A DNA stretch of 64,000 nucleotides from Minisyncoccota bacterium (lineage in GTDB: Bacteria; Patescibacteriota; Minisyncoccia; Phycocordibacterales; UBA9973): positions 121,095 to 185,094 of the forward strand of contig JBBABB010000002.1 of assembly GCA_041657885.1 (NCBI GenBank), in the 5' to 3' direction. Numbering within the stretch: the stretch's first letter is position 1; each line of letters begins with the position of its first letter. The notes beneath the pieces are model-generated. The model did not search any database. It was not told where the DNA came from and worked only from the letters and a program-made list of their open reading frames with translations. Of this stretch, positions 54,727 through 64,000 are shown in pieces. A program made the translations under genes and the position numbers.

Positions 54727-55844
54727 AATCAATAAAAGATTTAAAAAATTTATTCGGGAAAAGAGTAATTTTAAGAGCAGATCTTAATGTACCAATAAAA
54801 GACGGCAAAGTTCTTGATAATTTTCGTATTAAGAAAGTAATTCCAACTATTTTATATTTACAAAAAAAAGGAGCAAAAGTTATTATAATTTCGCATATAG
54901 GAGATGATGGGAAGGAGAGTCTCTTGCCAGTAGCACAAGTTATCAAAAAATATATTAAAACAATTGAGTTTATAAAAACACCAATTTTTTCAGATGAAAC
55001 TGAAAAGAGAATAAATTCACTAAAGAAAAGAGAAATAATTCTTTTAGAAAATCTTCGCACTGAGACAGGTGAGAAAAAGAATTCTCCCTCTTTCGCCAGA
55101 GCATTGTCCCGATATGGGGAAATTTATGTAAATGATGCTTTTTCAGTTTCTCATAGGGAACATGCCTCAATTGTCGGTATTACCAAGTATCTTTCTGGGT
55201 ATGCGGGGTTGCAATTTTTAGACGAAGTAGAAAATTTATCTAAAGTTTTTAATCCAGCACATCCATTTTTATTTATTCTTGGTGGAGCAAAATTTGAAAC
55301 AAAAATTCCTTTAATTAAAAAATTCCTTCGCTCTGCTGATAACATATTTATTGGTGGTGCAATCGCCAATGATTTCTTCAGAGCGAAAGGTTATGAAGTA
55401 GGAGTATCACTAGTTGACGATGGGAACTTCCAAATACCAGTATTATTGAAAGCCAAAAATTTAATTATACCCATTGATGTCGTTGCTACTAAAAATTCTA
55501 AAAATCGTATTACTAAACCAAGTGAAGTAATATCTGATGAAAATATTGTGGATATTGGCCCACAAACCGTTTTAATTCTAAAAGATTTAATCAATAAAGC
55601 AGGATTTATTTTATGGAATGGACCACTTGGTAAATATGAAGATGGTTTTGGTGGTGCGACAGAAGAAGTTCTTAAAATTGTTTCAAAGTGTAAAGCACAG
55701 AGCGTAATTGGGGGAGGTGATATTGTCGCCTTAATTTCAAAATTAAAAATTGAAAGCAAATTAGGCTTTGTTTCAACAGGGGGTGGGGCTACTTTGGAAT
55801 TTTTAGCTAAGGGAACATTGCCAGGAATCAGAGCATTGAAATAA
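54723..55844 (+). CDS. pgk: Phosphoglycerate kinase
   Basis: RADLNVP, LLENLR..GE, NDAFSVSHREHAS, TGGGATLEFLAKG signatures. Confidence 0.9.
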   Translation: MKSIKDLKNLFGKRVILRADLNVPIKDGKVLDNFRIKKVIPTILYLQKKGAKVIIISHIGDDGKESLLPVAQVIKKYIKTIEFIKTPIFSDETEKRINSLKKREIILLENLRTETGEKKNSPSFARALSRYGEIYVNDAFSVSHREHASIVGITKYLSGYAGLQFLDEVENLSKVFNPAHPFLFILGGAKFETKIPLIKKFLRSADNIFIGGAIANDFFRAKGYEVGVSLVDDGNFQIPVLLKAKNLIIPIDVVATKNSKNRITKPSEVISDENIVDIGPQTVLILKDLINKAGFILWNGPLGKYEDGFGGATEEVLKIVSKCKAQSVIGGGDIVALISKLKIESKLGFVSTGGGATLEFLAKGTLPGIRALK

Positions 55845-56256
55845 TTTTATTTATTACGTTTTCTGCTTCTCCTTCTAGGTATTTTTTTCTTTTAGGATTT
55901 GGTAAATCATCAGTAGAGTATCTTGGTAACAAATGAATATGAAAATGTGGGATTTCTTCTCCGCTTACCCATTCTTGAACATAGTCGCATTTCATAGACT
56001 TTTTGAGTGCCAGCATCAATTTTTTTGTTAGTTTAAAAATACCAGCTATGATTTTATCATCTACTTCATACATCCAAACAATGTGTTTTTTAGGAATTAT
56101 TAAAATATGTCCATGAGAAACTGGTTGGATATCAAGGAAAGCTAAAAAGTTTTTGTCCTCAAAAATCTTATGACATGGGATTTTTCCTTTTGCTATTTTA
56201 CAAAAAATACAACTTTCTTTCGGTTCGTTCATATAATCATTATATGGTAAAATCAA
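55828..56256 (-). CDS. HIT-family (histidine triad) protein
   Basis: Histidine triad HFHIHLLPR; about 140 aa. Confidence 0.8.
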   Translation of the reverse strand: MILPYNDYMNEPKESCIFCKIAKGKIPCHKIFEDKNFLAFLDIQPVSHGHILIIPKKHIVWMYEVDDKIIAGIFKLTKKLMLALKKSMKCDYVQEWVSGEEIPHFHIHLLPRYSTDDLPNPKRKKYLEGEAENVINKIISML

Positions 56257-56260
56257 AAGT

Positions 56261-57985
56261 ATGCCAAATCATACTGAATTACTTGACATTCTTCTAACAA
56301 ATCGTGGAATATCAATAGAGGACAGAGAACGTTTTTTAAATCCATCTTTTGAAGAGCATCTTTATAATCCATATCTTATGAAGGATATGGAACGTGCAGT
56401 GGTAAGAATTTTTGAAGCGATAGAAGCAAAAGAAGAAATACTTATTTATAGTGATTATGATTGTGATGGAATTCCTTCATCTGTTATAATGCATGATTTT
56501 TTTCATAAAATTGGTTATCCTGTTTCTATTTACCCCTACACCAAAGAAAATAAAGTTTATGTAAACGCACAAGGCGCATTATTCTCTTATGGTGTGGGGG
56601 TTTATATTCCAGATCGTCATGATGAAGGCTATGGTCTACATCTAGATGCAATAGATCAATTTATTGATAGCGAGATAAAGCTTTTGATTACTTTTGATTT
56701 AGGTATCACTGCGGTTGAAGAAGTAGCGCGTGCACAAGCCGCAGGGATAGATGTCATTATTACGGACCACCATATTCCTCAAGAAGAAGTTCCGCGAGCC
56801 TATGCAATATTAAATCCAAAACAAACAGGGTGCCAATATCCTGATAAAATGCTCTGTGGAGCAGGAATTGCTTTTAAGTTGGTTCAAGCTCTAGTAAAAA
56901 AATACGGAGAATACTGGAAAATAAATAATGGTTGGGAGAAATGGTTACTTGATATGGCAGGAGTTGCAACACTTTCTGACCAGGTTCCACTTTTAGATGA
57001 GAACAGAGTACTCGCGTATTATGGATTGAAAGTTTTACGAAAAGGTCATCGCATGGGACTTGTTGAACTATTTAAAAAAGCATCTGTTGATATTACAAAA
57101 TTAAATGAAGAAGATATCACTTTTACATTAGCTCCTCGAATAAATGCAGCGAGTCGCATGGCCGATCCAATGAAAGCATTTGAACTTTTGGCTACTGTTG
57201 ATCCAGTGGATGCGCGTACACTAAGTGACCACCTTGTTAAAATAAATAATGAGAGAAAAATAATGGTTGCGCATATTATGAAAGATGTAAAAAATGTTTT
57301 ACGCAAAAGAGAAGAAAAACCACTAATTGTTATTGGTAATCCATCTTGGCGAATAGGTATTTTGGGTCTCATTGCTTCAAAAATTACAGAAGAATACAAA
57401 AAACCAGTATTTGTTTGGGGAGAAGATGGAAATGGAACTATTCGTGGGTCTTGTCGAGGTTGGGGAGATATAAATTTAGTAGAGCTTATGATGTCACTAC
57501 CAGAGAATAGTTTGCTTGATTTCGGTGGGCATAAAAATGCTGGGGGATTTTCTGTTTCTTATGAAGAAGTTCACTTCTTGGAAGAAAGATTACTAAAAGT
57601 TTTTGATGATAGTACTCAAGTGGGAGAAGATGCTAAAGATTATGTTATAGATGCCACTATTTTAATAGATGATGTTACAAATGAAAATTATAATGTTATA
57701 GAAAAACTTGCGCCATTTGGAATGGGGAATCCTAAGCCAACTTTTTTATTTAAAGGCATAAAAATATTTGCAATTAAAGAATTTGGAAAAGAGAAAAATC
57801 ATCTTGAATTAGTATTCAAAAATAGTCGCGGTTATCAAATAAAAGCAATTTCATTTTTCAAAACTCATAGTAGCTTTAAGCCCGCGCTTGTTGAAGGAAG
57901 TAGTATAAATTTGGTAGCAACCTTTGAGAAAAATAATTTTGGTGGTCGAAGCGAGCTAAGATTAAGAATTGTTGATGTTATCTAA
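56261..57985 (+). CDS. recJ: Single-stranded-DNA-specific exonuclease RecJ
   Basis: DHH family motifs DYDCDG and ITDHH, DHHA1 GGHKNAGG, C-terminal OB-like region. Confidence 0.85.
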   Translation: MPNHTELLDILLTNRGISIEDRERFLNPSFEEHLYNPYLMKDMERAVVRIFEAIEAKEEILIYSDYDCDGIPSSVIMHDFFHKIGYPVSIYPYTKENKVYVNAQGALFSYGVGVYIPDRHDEGYGLHLDAIDQFIDSEIKLLITFDLGITAVEEVARAQAAGIDVIITDHHIPQEEVPRAYAILNPKQTGCQYPDKMLCGAGIAFKLVQALVKKYGEYWKINNGWEKWLLDMAGVATLSDQVPLLDENRVLAYYGLKVLRKGHRMGLVELFKKASVDITKLNEEDITFTLAPRINAASRMADPMKAFELLATVDPVDARTLSDHLVKINNERKIMVAHIMKDVKNVLRKREEKPLIVIGNPSWRIGILGLIASKITEEYKKPVFVWGEDGNGTIRGSCRGWGDINLVELMMSLPENSLLDFGGHKNAGGFSVSYEEVHFLEERLLKVFDDSTQVGEDAKDYVIDATILIDDVTNENYNVIEKLAPFGMGNPKPTFLFKGIKIFAIKEFGKEKNHLELVFKNSRGYQIKAISFFKTHSSFKPALVEGSSINLVATFEKNNFGGRSELRLRIVDVI

Positions 57986-58010
57986 AAATATCCTTATAAA
58001 ATAAGGTTCA

Positions 58011-58019
58011 CCCCCCCCC
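58011..58019. repeat. Homopolymeric C9 tract upstream of the large secreted protein gene
   Basis: ttca ccccccccc acaaaatt, about 100 nt upstream of ATG 58119, in an otherwise AT-rich region; preceded by hairpin ccttataaaataagg. Confidence 0.8.
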
Positions 58020-58118
58020 ACAAAATTGCTATTCTTAATCTAAAAATGATATAATAAAGCCAAAATCAACGGATTATTGTTTTGGATTATTTTATTAATT
58101 AATAACAAATAAAAAATT

Positions 58119-61100
58119 ATGAAAGAAAAAATGTTTTTAAACAAACAAGTAAATGAGGGAGGAGAAGAGATTGCAAAGGAGGATAAGAATATTTTTAAAA
58201 AATTTCAAGAAAAAATCTCTAATGCTTATGAAAAATTCAAGGGCTTATCCTCACAGTTTATAAAAGCTACACTTATGGCTTCAATGATAACTCCGCCGAG
58301 TGCTTTTTCTGAAACGCAAGGTAAAGAAGTTAATAAAGAAAAACCAGAAATTGAATTTTCAATTCAAGGAGAATTATCTGGAGAAGTAGAATCAATTGAT
58401 GATAAAGATAAGAAAAAAACTTCCCTATCTGTTGAAAGGAATCAATTAGGGAATCTTGAGAAAACAGAACAGGATAAGATTGATGAAGTGATTGATAAAA
58501 AACACGAAGAAAAAGTTAAAAACAATAAAAGAGAATTTGCGAAAACACAAGAAGAGGTTGCTTCAGTTCTTAGACATGCGTTTGTTGAATACCGTGGGGT
58601 TTTCAAGACTGCAGAATCTTTCAGGGCTGCGATTAGCCATCAATATAATAATATTTTAAATGAAAAACAGATATTAGATTTATACTCAATTATTGAAACT
58701 GGATATAGTACGAATGAAAATAAAGGTAAAGATGTTGAAACTATACAAATTATTTATAATGATTTGGCTCGTTCCGGCAACCCTGATAGTAAAGGTTTTA
58801 CTGAAACCTTGGAATCAAATAGTAGTAAACCAAAAGGTATAGATAATATGTTGGGGAGAGCAACTAGAGAGGTTACAAATAATTTAAAAATATTACTCAC
58901 TCCAGTTTTTAATAAAATCCAATCAAAAGAGGTTTCTCCTATAAAGCAAGACGATGGAAGGCCTATGCCACAAAAAATGGAAGTCCCTACTGATACTCGG
59001 GAGAGATTGGGTGATATAACATTTGGTCTCGAGAAAAAAATAAATTTTACAAATGAGCAAGTAGAACAAATTGAAAAATTTATTCCAACCCTAGAGAAGC
59101 TTGATGTTAGTAGTCTTGAAAGACTAAATGATTATTTAAAACAATTCAAATCTTCTGACTTTGATAAAATAAAAATTGTTGGATTAGGACATGAAGCAGG
59201 AAAAGAATATGATTTCCATGAAATAGAGCATTTAAAACCCGGTATATACACTATTGAAGGGGGTAATTTTTATGTAACATTTGATTATGTAGAAAATGCA
59301 AAAGATGGGACAAAAGTTATAGAAAAATTCAATATGGATAATGGTAATGGATTGGGTGTTTCATTTGATAAAATAGTAAGAAATGGTACAAATGAAGGCG
59401 ATTATTCTCTTGGGGTAGATAATGTAATAATCAAATTAGACGGAATAGAAATCGAAATTGAAAAGATATCTAAATATGAAACGGAAGATGAGATAGCAGG
59501 TCAAGTAAATAATGTTACTTTTAAGATAGGTGGTTGGACTACAAAGATTAGTAATTTAGGTATGAAGTTTGACAAGTCAGGGGGTTTTGATTTGTCTAAG
59601 GTAGCTACTGATATTTGGAAAGGTAGAGATGGAGCAAGAGTTGGAGATTTACTTGAGCGTTTTGATATTGATGGTGGTATTCTAGATTTAAAAAATGAAG
59701 ATGGTTCAGTTGTTATTAATTATGATGGACAGAATCTTATATTTAATAATGCAAAAGTATTTAAAGATGAAAATGGTAATTTTAATCTCCAGAATATTAA
59801 GAGTGGGGATGGGATTGTTTACAATGGTGGATTTACTTCTTATGCAGAAGTAAATGGCCAAGGTATGACCATTGGTGCACTTGTTGATAAAGTGATTTAC
59901 GGAGGAGGGGAAGTAATGTTAAATTCTCCAGATGTTAAATTGGGTTTTTCAGCTTTGGGTGGAGCCTTTTCAATGGAATCTGGGGTTGGTTCTAATTTTG
60001 ATGAAGCTAAACTAGATCAATGTGGTAAAAAGGTAGATAGTACTTTTCAAGTTATTGGAGATAAAATAAAAAATTTCTCAGAAGTAGCAAAAAATTCAAA
60101 TGGAGGAGATTTAATTGGAAAAGGTATAGCCTTAAAGACCGATATAATTAATGATTTAGTAGAATTAGCCGACTATATTGGAAAAGAGGGAGATGTTAAA
60201 TTGGAAGACTATAAAATAATTCTTGATTTTATTAAACTATCTGAAAATTTGGTAGTCACGGGAGAAGAAGGTCCAGGAAATGATTTCTATAAATTAGAAA
60301 TATTATTTAAGGCATTAGGTAATGATTTTGGTAGAGTCGTCATAGATAAAGAATTTATTGATGGAGTAAAAGCTGGAGGATTAGATTATGCAGTTAAAAA
60401 ACTAGGCTGGGGGGAAGATGTAAAAGATGTTGGAAATAAATTTAGTGAGAAAGCCATAGATATGATTGGAGCAGATTTCTTAAATGAAAAAGCATCAGAC
60501 ATTTTTGAAGTAATTAATACTGTAAATAATGGGGGAGTAGGAGGATTATCTATTGATTCAGAAGGAAGATTCAAAGCATATTACAGTCTTGTTCAGAATC
60601 TTGAAAAATTAACAAATCATAAAATTCATGTTATTGGAACTGTTTATGCCGCACCAGGAGATTTCAATAATCACGGGCAAGTTGGATTTGTGCCTTTAGT
60701 TGATAAACCAGGAAAAGAGCAAGTAGGAATTGGTTACAATCTTGATCAAAAATTTGGAGGAGGAATACTTTTTACAAAGATTCTTGTCAAAAATGAAGAA
60801 AAGGGAAATACCCTAACTGCAATAGTTGGTGGAGGGGCTGATTTTACAACAGGAGCATTTGATATTTCTATAAGTGATGGACAAGGGAATATTTTTAAAG
60901 GTCTTTCTTTAGAAAATGCTATGAAGATGCTTGATGGTAAGGGGACAGCTGATTTTGCTCAAGAACAACTTGAACTTGCTAATAAACTTGAGAAGGGTGT
61001 GGTCATTCCACATGTTTCTCTTGGTGCTAATTTTCGTAAGGATTTTGGGGCTCAAGGTATAAAATTAGAAGCAAGTGCTTTAGTCTCTTGGATTCCTACT

Positions 61101-61304
61101 ACAAATGATATTCATCCAAACTTAGAAATTTTAGCTGAGAAAGCATTAAGTACTAAAATTACTCCAATGAGTATTGGGATCAAATTAGCCCTTAATGGAA
61201 AGCCGGGAGCTACTGTTTTAGAAAAAATGAATGAGTCTACCGCTCGGGTTTATCTTAGAGCTTCACTAAACGGGTATAATCCTAGATATAAAAAGCACCA
61301 TTAG
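58119..61304 (+). CDS. Large (1061 aa) secreted/surface protein, hypothetical
   Basis: Signal peptide (LMASMITPPSAFS), Lys/Glu-rich N-terminal region, Gly-rich beta-rich C-terminal half. Confidence 0.4.
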   Translation: MKEKMFLNKQVNEGGEEIAKEDKNIFKKFQEKISNAYEKFKGLSSQFIKATLMASMITPPSAFSETQGKEVNKEKPEIEFSIQGELSGEVESIDDKDKKKTSLSVERNQLGNLEKTEQDKIDEVIDKKHEEKVKNNKREFAKTQEEVASVLRHAFVEYRGVFKTAESFRAAISHQYNNILNEKQILDLYSIIETGYSTNENKGKDVETIQIIYNDLARSGNPDSKGFTETLESNSSKPKGIDNMLGRATREVTNNLKILLTPVFNKIQSKEVSPIKQDDGRPMPQKMEVPTDTRERLGDITFGLEKKINFTNEQVEQIEKFIPTLEKLDVSSLERLNDYLKQFKSSDFDKIKIVGLGHEAGKEYDFHEIEHLKPGIYTIEGGNFYVTFDYVENAKDGTKVIEKFNMDNGNGLGVSFDKIVRNGTNEGDYSLGVDNVIIKLDGIEIEIEKISKYETEDEIAGQVNNVTFKIGGWTTKISNLGMKFDKSGGFDLSKVATDIWKGRDGARVGDLLERFDIDGGILDLKNEDGSVVINYDGQNLIFNNAKVFKDENGNFNLQNIKSGDGIVYNGGFTSYAEVNGQGMTIGALVDKVIYGGGEVMLNSPDVKLGFSALGGAFSMESGVGSNFDEAKLDQCGKKVDSTFQVIGDKIKNFSEVAKNSNGGDLIGKGIALKTDIINDLVELADYIGKEGDVKLEDYKIILDFIKLSENLVVTGEEGPGNDFYKLEILFKALGNDFGRVVIDKEFIDGVKAGGLDYAVKKLGWGEDVKDVGNKFSEKAIDMIGADFLNEKASDIFEVINTVNNGGVGGLSIDSEGRFKAYYSLVQNLEKLTNHKIHVIGTVYAAPGDFNNHGQVGFVPLVDKPGKEQVGIGYNLDQKFGGGILFTKILVKNEEKGNTLTAIVGGGADFTTGAFDISISDGQGNIFKGLSLENAMKMLDGKGTADFAQEQLELANKLEKGVVIPHVSLGANFRKDFGAQGIKLEASALVSWIPTTNDIHPNLEILAEKALSTKITPMSIGIKLALNGKPGATVLEKMNESTARVYLRASLNGYNPRYKKHH

Positions 61305-61322
61305 AATTTTTAAAAAATTAAA

Positions 61323-61826
61323 TTGTTGGTCAAAGAAATAAAAATATACACAGATGGTTCATCACTCGGTAACCCAGGTAAGGGTGGTTGGGGAGTAGTG
61401 ATAATTAAGAATGAAGAATTAGGAATTAGAAATGAAAATTCTAATAATATTGTAGAGCTTGGGGGATATGATAAAAATACTACGAACAATCGTATGGAGC
61501 TTCAAGCTGTAATAGAAGCATTAAAATATCTCTCAGCTAGGCAAGGCCTAGCTGAAAATAAAAAGAAAGATAAAGTGAAAATTTTTGCGGATTCAAATTA
61601 TGTTCTTTTGGGTGTCACTTCATGGATTTTTAATTGGGAGAAAAATGGTTGGAGAACGGCCAATAAAAAACCCGTATTGAATCAAAATTTATGGAAAGAA
61701 TTGATTGAGTTAATAAGAAATTATGGTAATAAAATAAATTGGCAAAAAGTAAAAGGGCACTCGGGGCATGTTCACAATAATCGCGCAGATGAAATAGCTA
61801 CAAGTAAAGCATTGCTTCAAAAATAA
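61323..61826 (+). CDS. rnhA: Ribonuclease HI (TTG start)
   Basis: IYTDGSSLGNPGKGGWG, MELQAVIEAL, ADSNYV, GHSGHVHNNRADEIA catalytic signature. Confidence 0.8.
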   Translation: MLVKEIKIYTDGSSLGNPGKGGWGVVIIKNEELGIRNENSNNIVELGGYDKNTTNNRMELQAVIEALKYLSARQGLAENKKKDKVKIFADSNYVLLGVTSWIFNWEKNGWRTANKKPVLNQNLWKELIELIRNYGNKINWQKVKGHSGHVHNNRADEIATSKALLQK

Positions 61827-61834
61827 AAAAATAC

Positions 61835-63133
61835 ATGTCGAAAAAGGAAATTATTATTATAATAATTTTAATATGTGTCGCGTTAGTGCGATTTTTCTTT
61901 TTTATACCCAAAGTTCCAACATATGATAATGCTATTGGGAAAGAAGTAGAACTTGTTGGATTAGTAAATGATGATCCTGATGTGCGTTTGAAGAATCAAC
62001 ATTTAAATATAAAGTTAATAGATAAAGATGTAACTATTCTAACCATTATTAGTAGGGGAAAAGAAGTTTCTTATGGAGATAAAGTGAAAATAAGTGGAGT
62101 ACTTCTAGAGCCGGAGAATTTCACAACAAATTCTGGTAAAGAATTTAATTATAAAAGATATCTAGCAAATCAAGATATTTATTTTATGATTAAAAATGCA
62201 GATATAGAAATTATCTCACATGGGAATGGAAATAAAATAAAATCACAGCTTTACAAATTGCGGGGTTTTTTTATGAGAAATATCAACAAAGTTATTCCTA
62301 TGCCAGAAAGTGACCTAGCCAATGGTTTAGTCCTTGGTGCTCGTGGTGGTTTTGACCAAGAAACAAATAATGAATTTATATCAACTGGTACTATACACAT
62401 TATAGCTTTATCAGGTTACAACGTTTCCATTGTCGCGGAAAATGTAATGAAATTTTTCAGTTTAATTTTCTCACAAGTTGTCTCAATTATTTTTGGTATT
62501 GTTATTATTCTTTTATTTATAATAATGACTGGAGCAAGTGCTACGGCTATTCGAGCAGGAATTATGGCGACTATTATGCTTCTTGGTCGTATGACTGGTC
62601 GGAATTATCTGGCTGGTCGAGCGCTTGTCATTGCAGGACTTCTTATGATTGCTTATGACCCGAGGGTTCTAGTTGATATGTCTTTCCAATTGTCTTTCAT
62701 TGCTACAGGTGGAGTTCTTTTCATTACACCTAAAGTCATGAATTGGTTTAGATTTTTGCCAATGCGTTTTGGTTTTAGGGAAATGGTTGCAAGTACTATG
62801 GCTGCGACAATCTCTGTCTTGCCGATACTTCTTTATCTTACAGGAATTTTATCTTTGGTTTCTATCCCAGCAAATATTTTAATATTATTATTCATTCCAA
62901 CAACAATGTTTTTTGTTTTTATCACTGGAATTTTTGGTTTTATTTCACCTTTGTTATCAATACCTTTTGGTTTTATTTCTTATATTATCCTTCTATATAT
63001 TCTCTCAACTATCCACTTCCTAGGCACATTGTCATTTGCCAGTGTCACCATCCAATCTTTCCCACTTCCTCTAACAATTTTAATTTATGCATTTTTACTT
63101 TGGTGGGTATTTGGTAAGAAAATTAAGAATTAA
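61835..63133 (+). CDS. comEC: ComEC/Rec2 N-terminal part (DUF4131 + competence domain) - DNA uptake channel
   Basis: N-terminal TM/OB region then polytopic competence domain (GTIHIIALSGYNVSIV, RAGIMATIMLLGR). Confidence 0.65.
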   Translation: MSKKEIIIIIILICVALVRFFFFIPKVPTYDNAIGKEVELVGLVNDDPDVRLKNQHLNIKLIDKDVTILTIISRGKEVSYGDKVKISGVLLEPENFTTNSGKEFNYKRYLANQDIYFMIKNADIEIISHGNGNKIKSQLYKLRGFFMRNINKVIPMPESDLANGLVLGARGGFDQETNNEFISTGTIHIIALSGYNVSIVAENVMKFFSLIFSQVVSIIFGIVIILLFIIMTGASATAIRAGIMATIMLLGRMTGRNYLAGRALVIAGLLMIAYDPRVLVDMSFQLSFIATGGVLFITPKVMNWFRFLPMRFGFREMVASTMAATISVLPILLYLTGILSLVSIPANILILLFIPTTMFFVFITGIFGFISPLLSIPFGFISYIILLYILSTIHFLGTLSFASVTIQSFPLPLTILIYAFLLWWVFGKKIKN

Positions 63134-63149
63134 TAATTAAGAATTAAAA

Positions 63150-64000
63150 ATGAAATATATAAAAAAATACCTTCCATATATTTTAATCCTCTCAATTTTT
63201 GTAATTGGTTTTTTGGTTTTATATTTAACATATACAAACTCCCATAGCCAATATTTAAAAGTTGTATTTCTGGATGTTGGTCAAGGGGATGCTATTTATA
63301 TAGAAGCACCAAATGGCAGACAAATGCTTATAGATGGCGGTCCTGATGCGAAGCTCCTCTCAAGCTTGGCTCAAGTGATGCCTTTTGCTGACCGCTCAAT
63401 AGATATGATTGTGGCAACTCATGCCGATGCGGATCATATTGGCGGTTTTCCGCTATTGCTGAATAATTATAAAGTTACAAGTATTATTGAGAACGGGGCA
63501 ACTTCGGATTCCGAAGTATTTTCCAGTTTAGAAGAAAAAATTTCAAAAAATAAAATAAATAAAATTATTGCAAAGCGTGGAATGCATATAATAATAGATG
63601 AAAAGAAAAATATTTATTTAGATATTTTATTCCCTGACCGTGATGTATCAAATCTGGATAGTAATGATGGTTCAATAGTCGCAAAGCTTATATATGGAGA
63701 TAATTCTTTTATGTTTACTGGGGATGCAACTCTCTATACAGAAAATTTAATAGAATGGAATGAAAAAGAAAGCACTTTACATTCTGATGTTTTAAAATTG
63801 GCGCATCACGGCGCACGTTCGTCGTCAAGTATTTTGTGGCTTGAGAAAGTTAATCCAAGTATTGCAATTGTCTCTACTGGTAAGAATAATAATTATGGTC
63901 ACCCGCATAAAGAATTACTAGATAGGCTTTCCTCTCTTCATATTCCATTTTTAAGTACAGCTGATATTGGCAATATAATTTTCAAAAGTGATGGAGTGAA
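63150..64000 (+). CDS. comEC: ComEC C-terminal metallo-beta-lactamase domain as a separate ORF (3' truncated by window edge)
   Basis: VVFLDVGQGDAIYIE...MIVATHADADHIGG MBL signature; separated from the upstream ORF by taa taa and 16 nt. Confidence 0.6.
   Translation, partial: MKYIKKYLPYILILSIFVIGFLVLYLTYTNSHSQYLKVVFLDVGQGDAIYIEAPNGRQMLIDGGPDAKLLSSLAQVMPFADRSIDMIVATHADADHIGGFPLLLNNYKVTSIIENGATSDSEVFSSLEEKISKNKINKIIAKRGMHIIIDEKKNIYLDILFPDRDVSNLDSNDGSIVAKLIYGDNSFMFTGDATLYTENLIEWNEKESTLHSDVLKLAHHGARSSSSILWLEKVNPSIAIVSTGKNNNYGHPHKELLDRLSSLHIPFLSTADIGNIIFKSDGV

Overview
This window is low-GC and gene-dense, with almost every gene on the + strand; it looks like a small Patescibacteria/CPR-type genome. 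I found no integrase, transposase or CRISPR array.

Supported content, in order:
- A 5'-truncated CopA-like P-type ATPase, followed by a metal and extracytoplasmic thiol-redox cluster (DUF1573-like, three CcdA/DsbD-like membrane proteins, a redoxin, an HMA-fused membrane protein, an unannotated 57-aa TRASH/YHS-like ORF).
- Five tRNAs: Ser-UGA (minus), Val-UAC, Arg-UCU, Leu-GAG, His-GUG.
- Housekeeping genes: ruvX, CsaA-like tRNA-binding protein, DedA, RluA-family pseudouridine synthase, rplS, a ribonucleotide reductase with an NPCGE motif, cutA, tpiA, pgk, HIT, recJ, rnhA.
- A dispersed type IV pilus/competence set: pilM-pilN fusion, pilO-like, pilB, pilC, three prepilin-type genes plus a PilX-like gene, and a split ComEC.
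- A serpin, three GH130 domains in two genes, an MsbA-like ABC exporter and a TerC-family protein.

The most unusual feature is a family of five diverged paralogs (571-576 aa) of a cysteine-rich protein with an internal duplication and zinc-ribbon-like termini (12953, 33493, 41537, 43883, 48078). I do not recognise the family. Two of them are followed directly after the stop codon by a conserved ~190-nt element with hairpins and compensatory base changes; I call it a candidate structured ncRNA.

Other leads:
- A candidate cobalamin riboswitch with a terminator, upstream of a DUF4430 gene and an alpha/alpha-toroid (prenyltransferase-like) gene that together look like a split transcobalamin-like B12 binder, next to the RNR.
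- Coding-region palindromes in the leaders of two pilin genes.
- Two degenerate copies of the tRNA-Leu 3' end beside a tRNA-bounded serpin segment.
- Two perfect 42-bp palindromes.
- Several short dispersed repeat families.
- A poly-C tract upstream of a large secreted protein.
- An orphan MazF-like gene between pilB and pilC.

Everything here is read from the sequence and the ORF track; no searches or folding programs were run.
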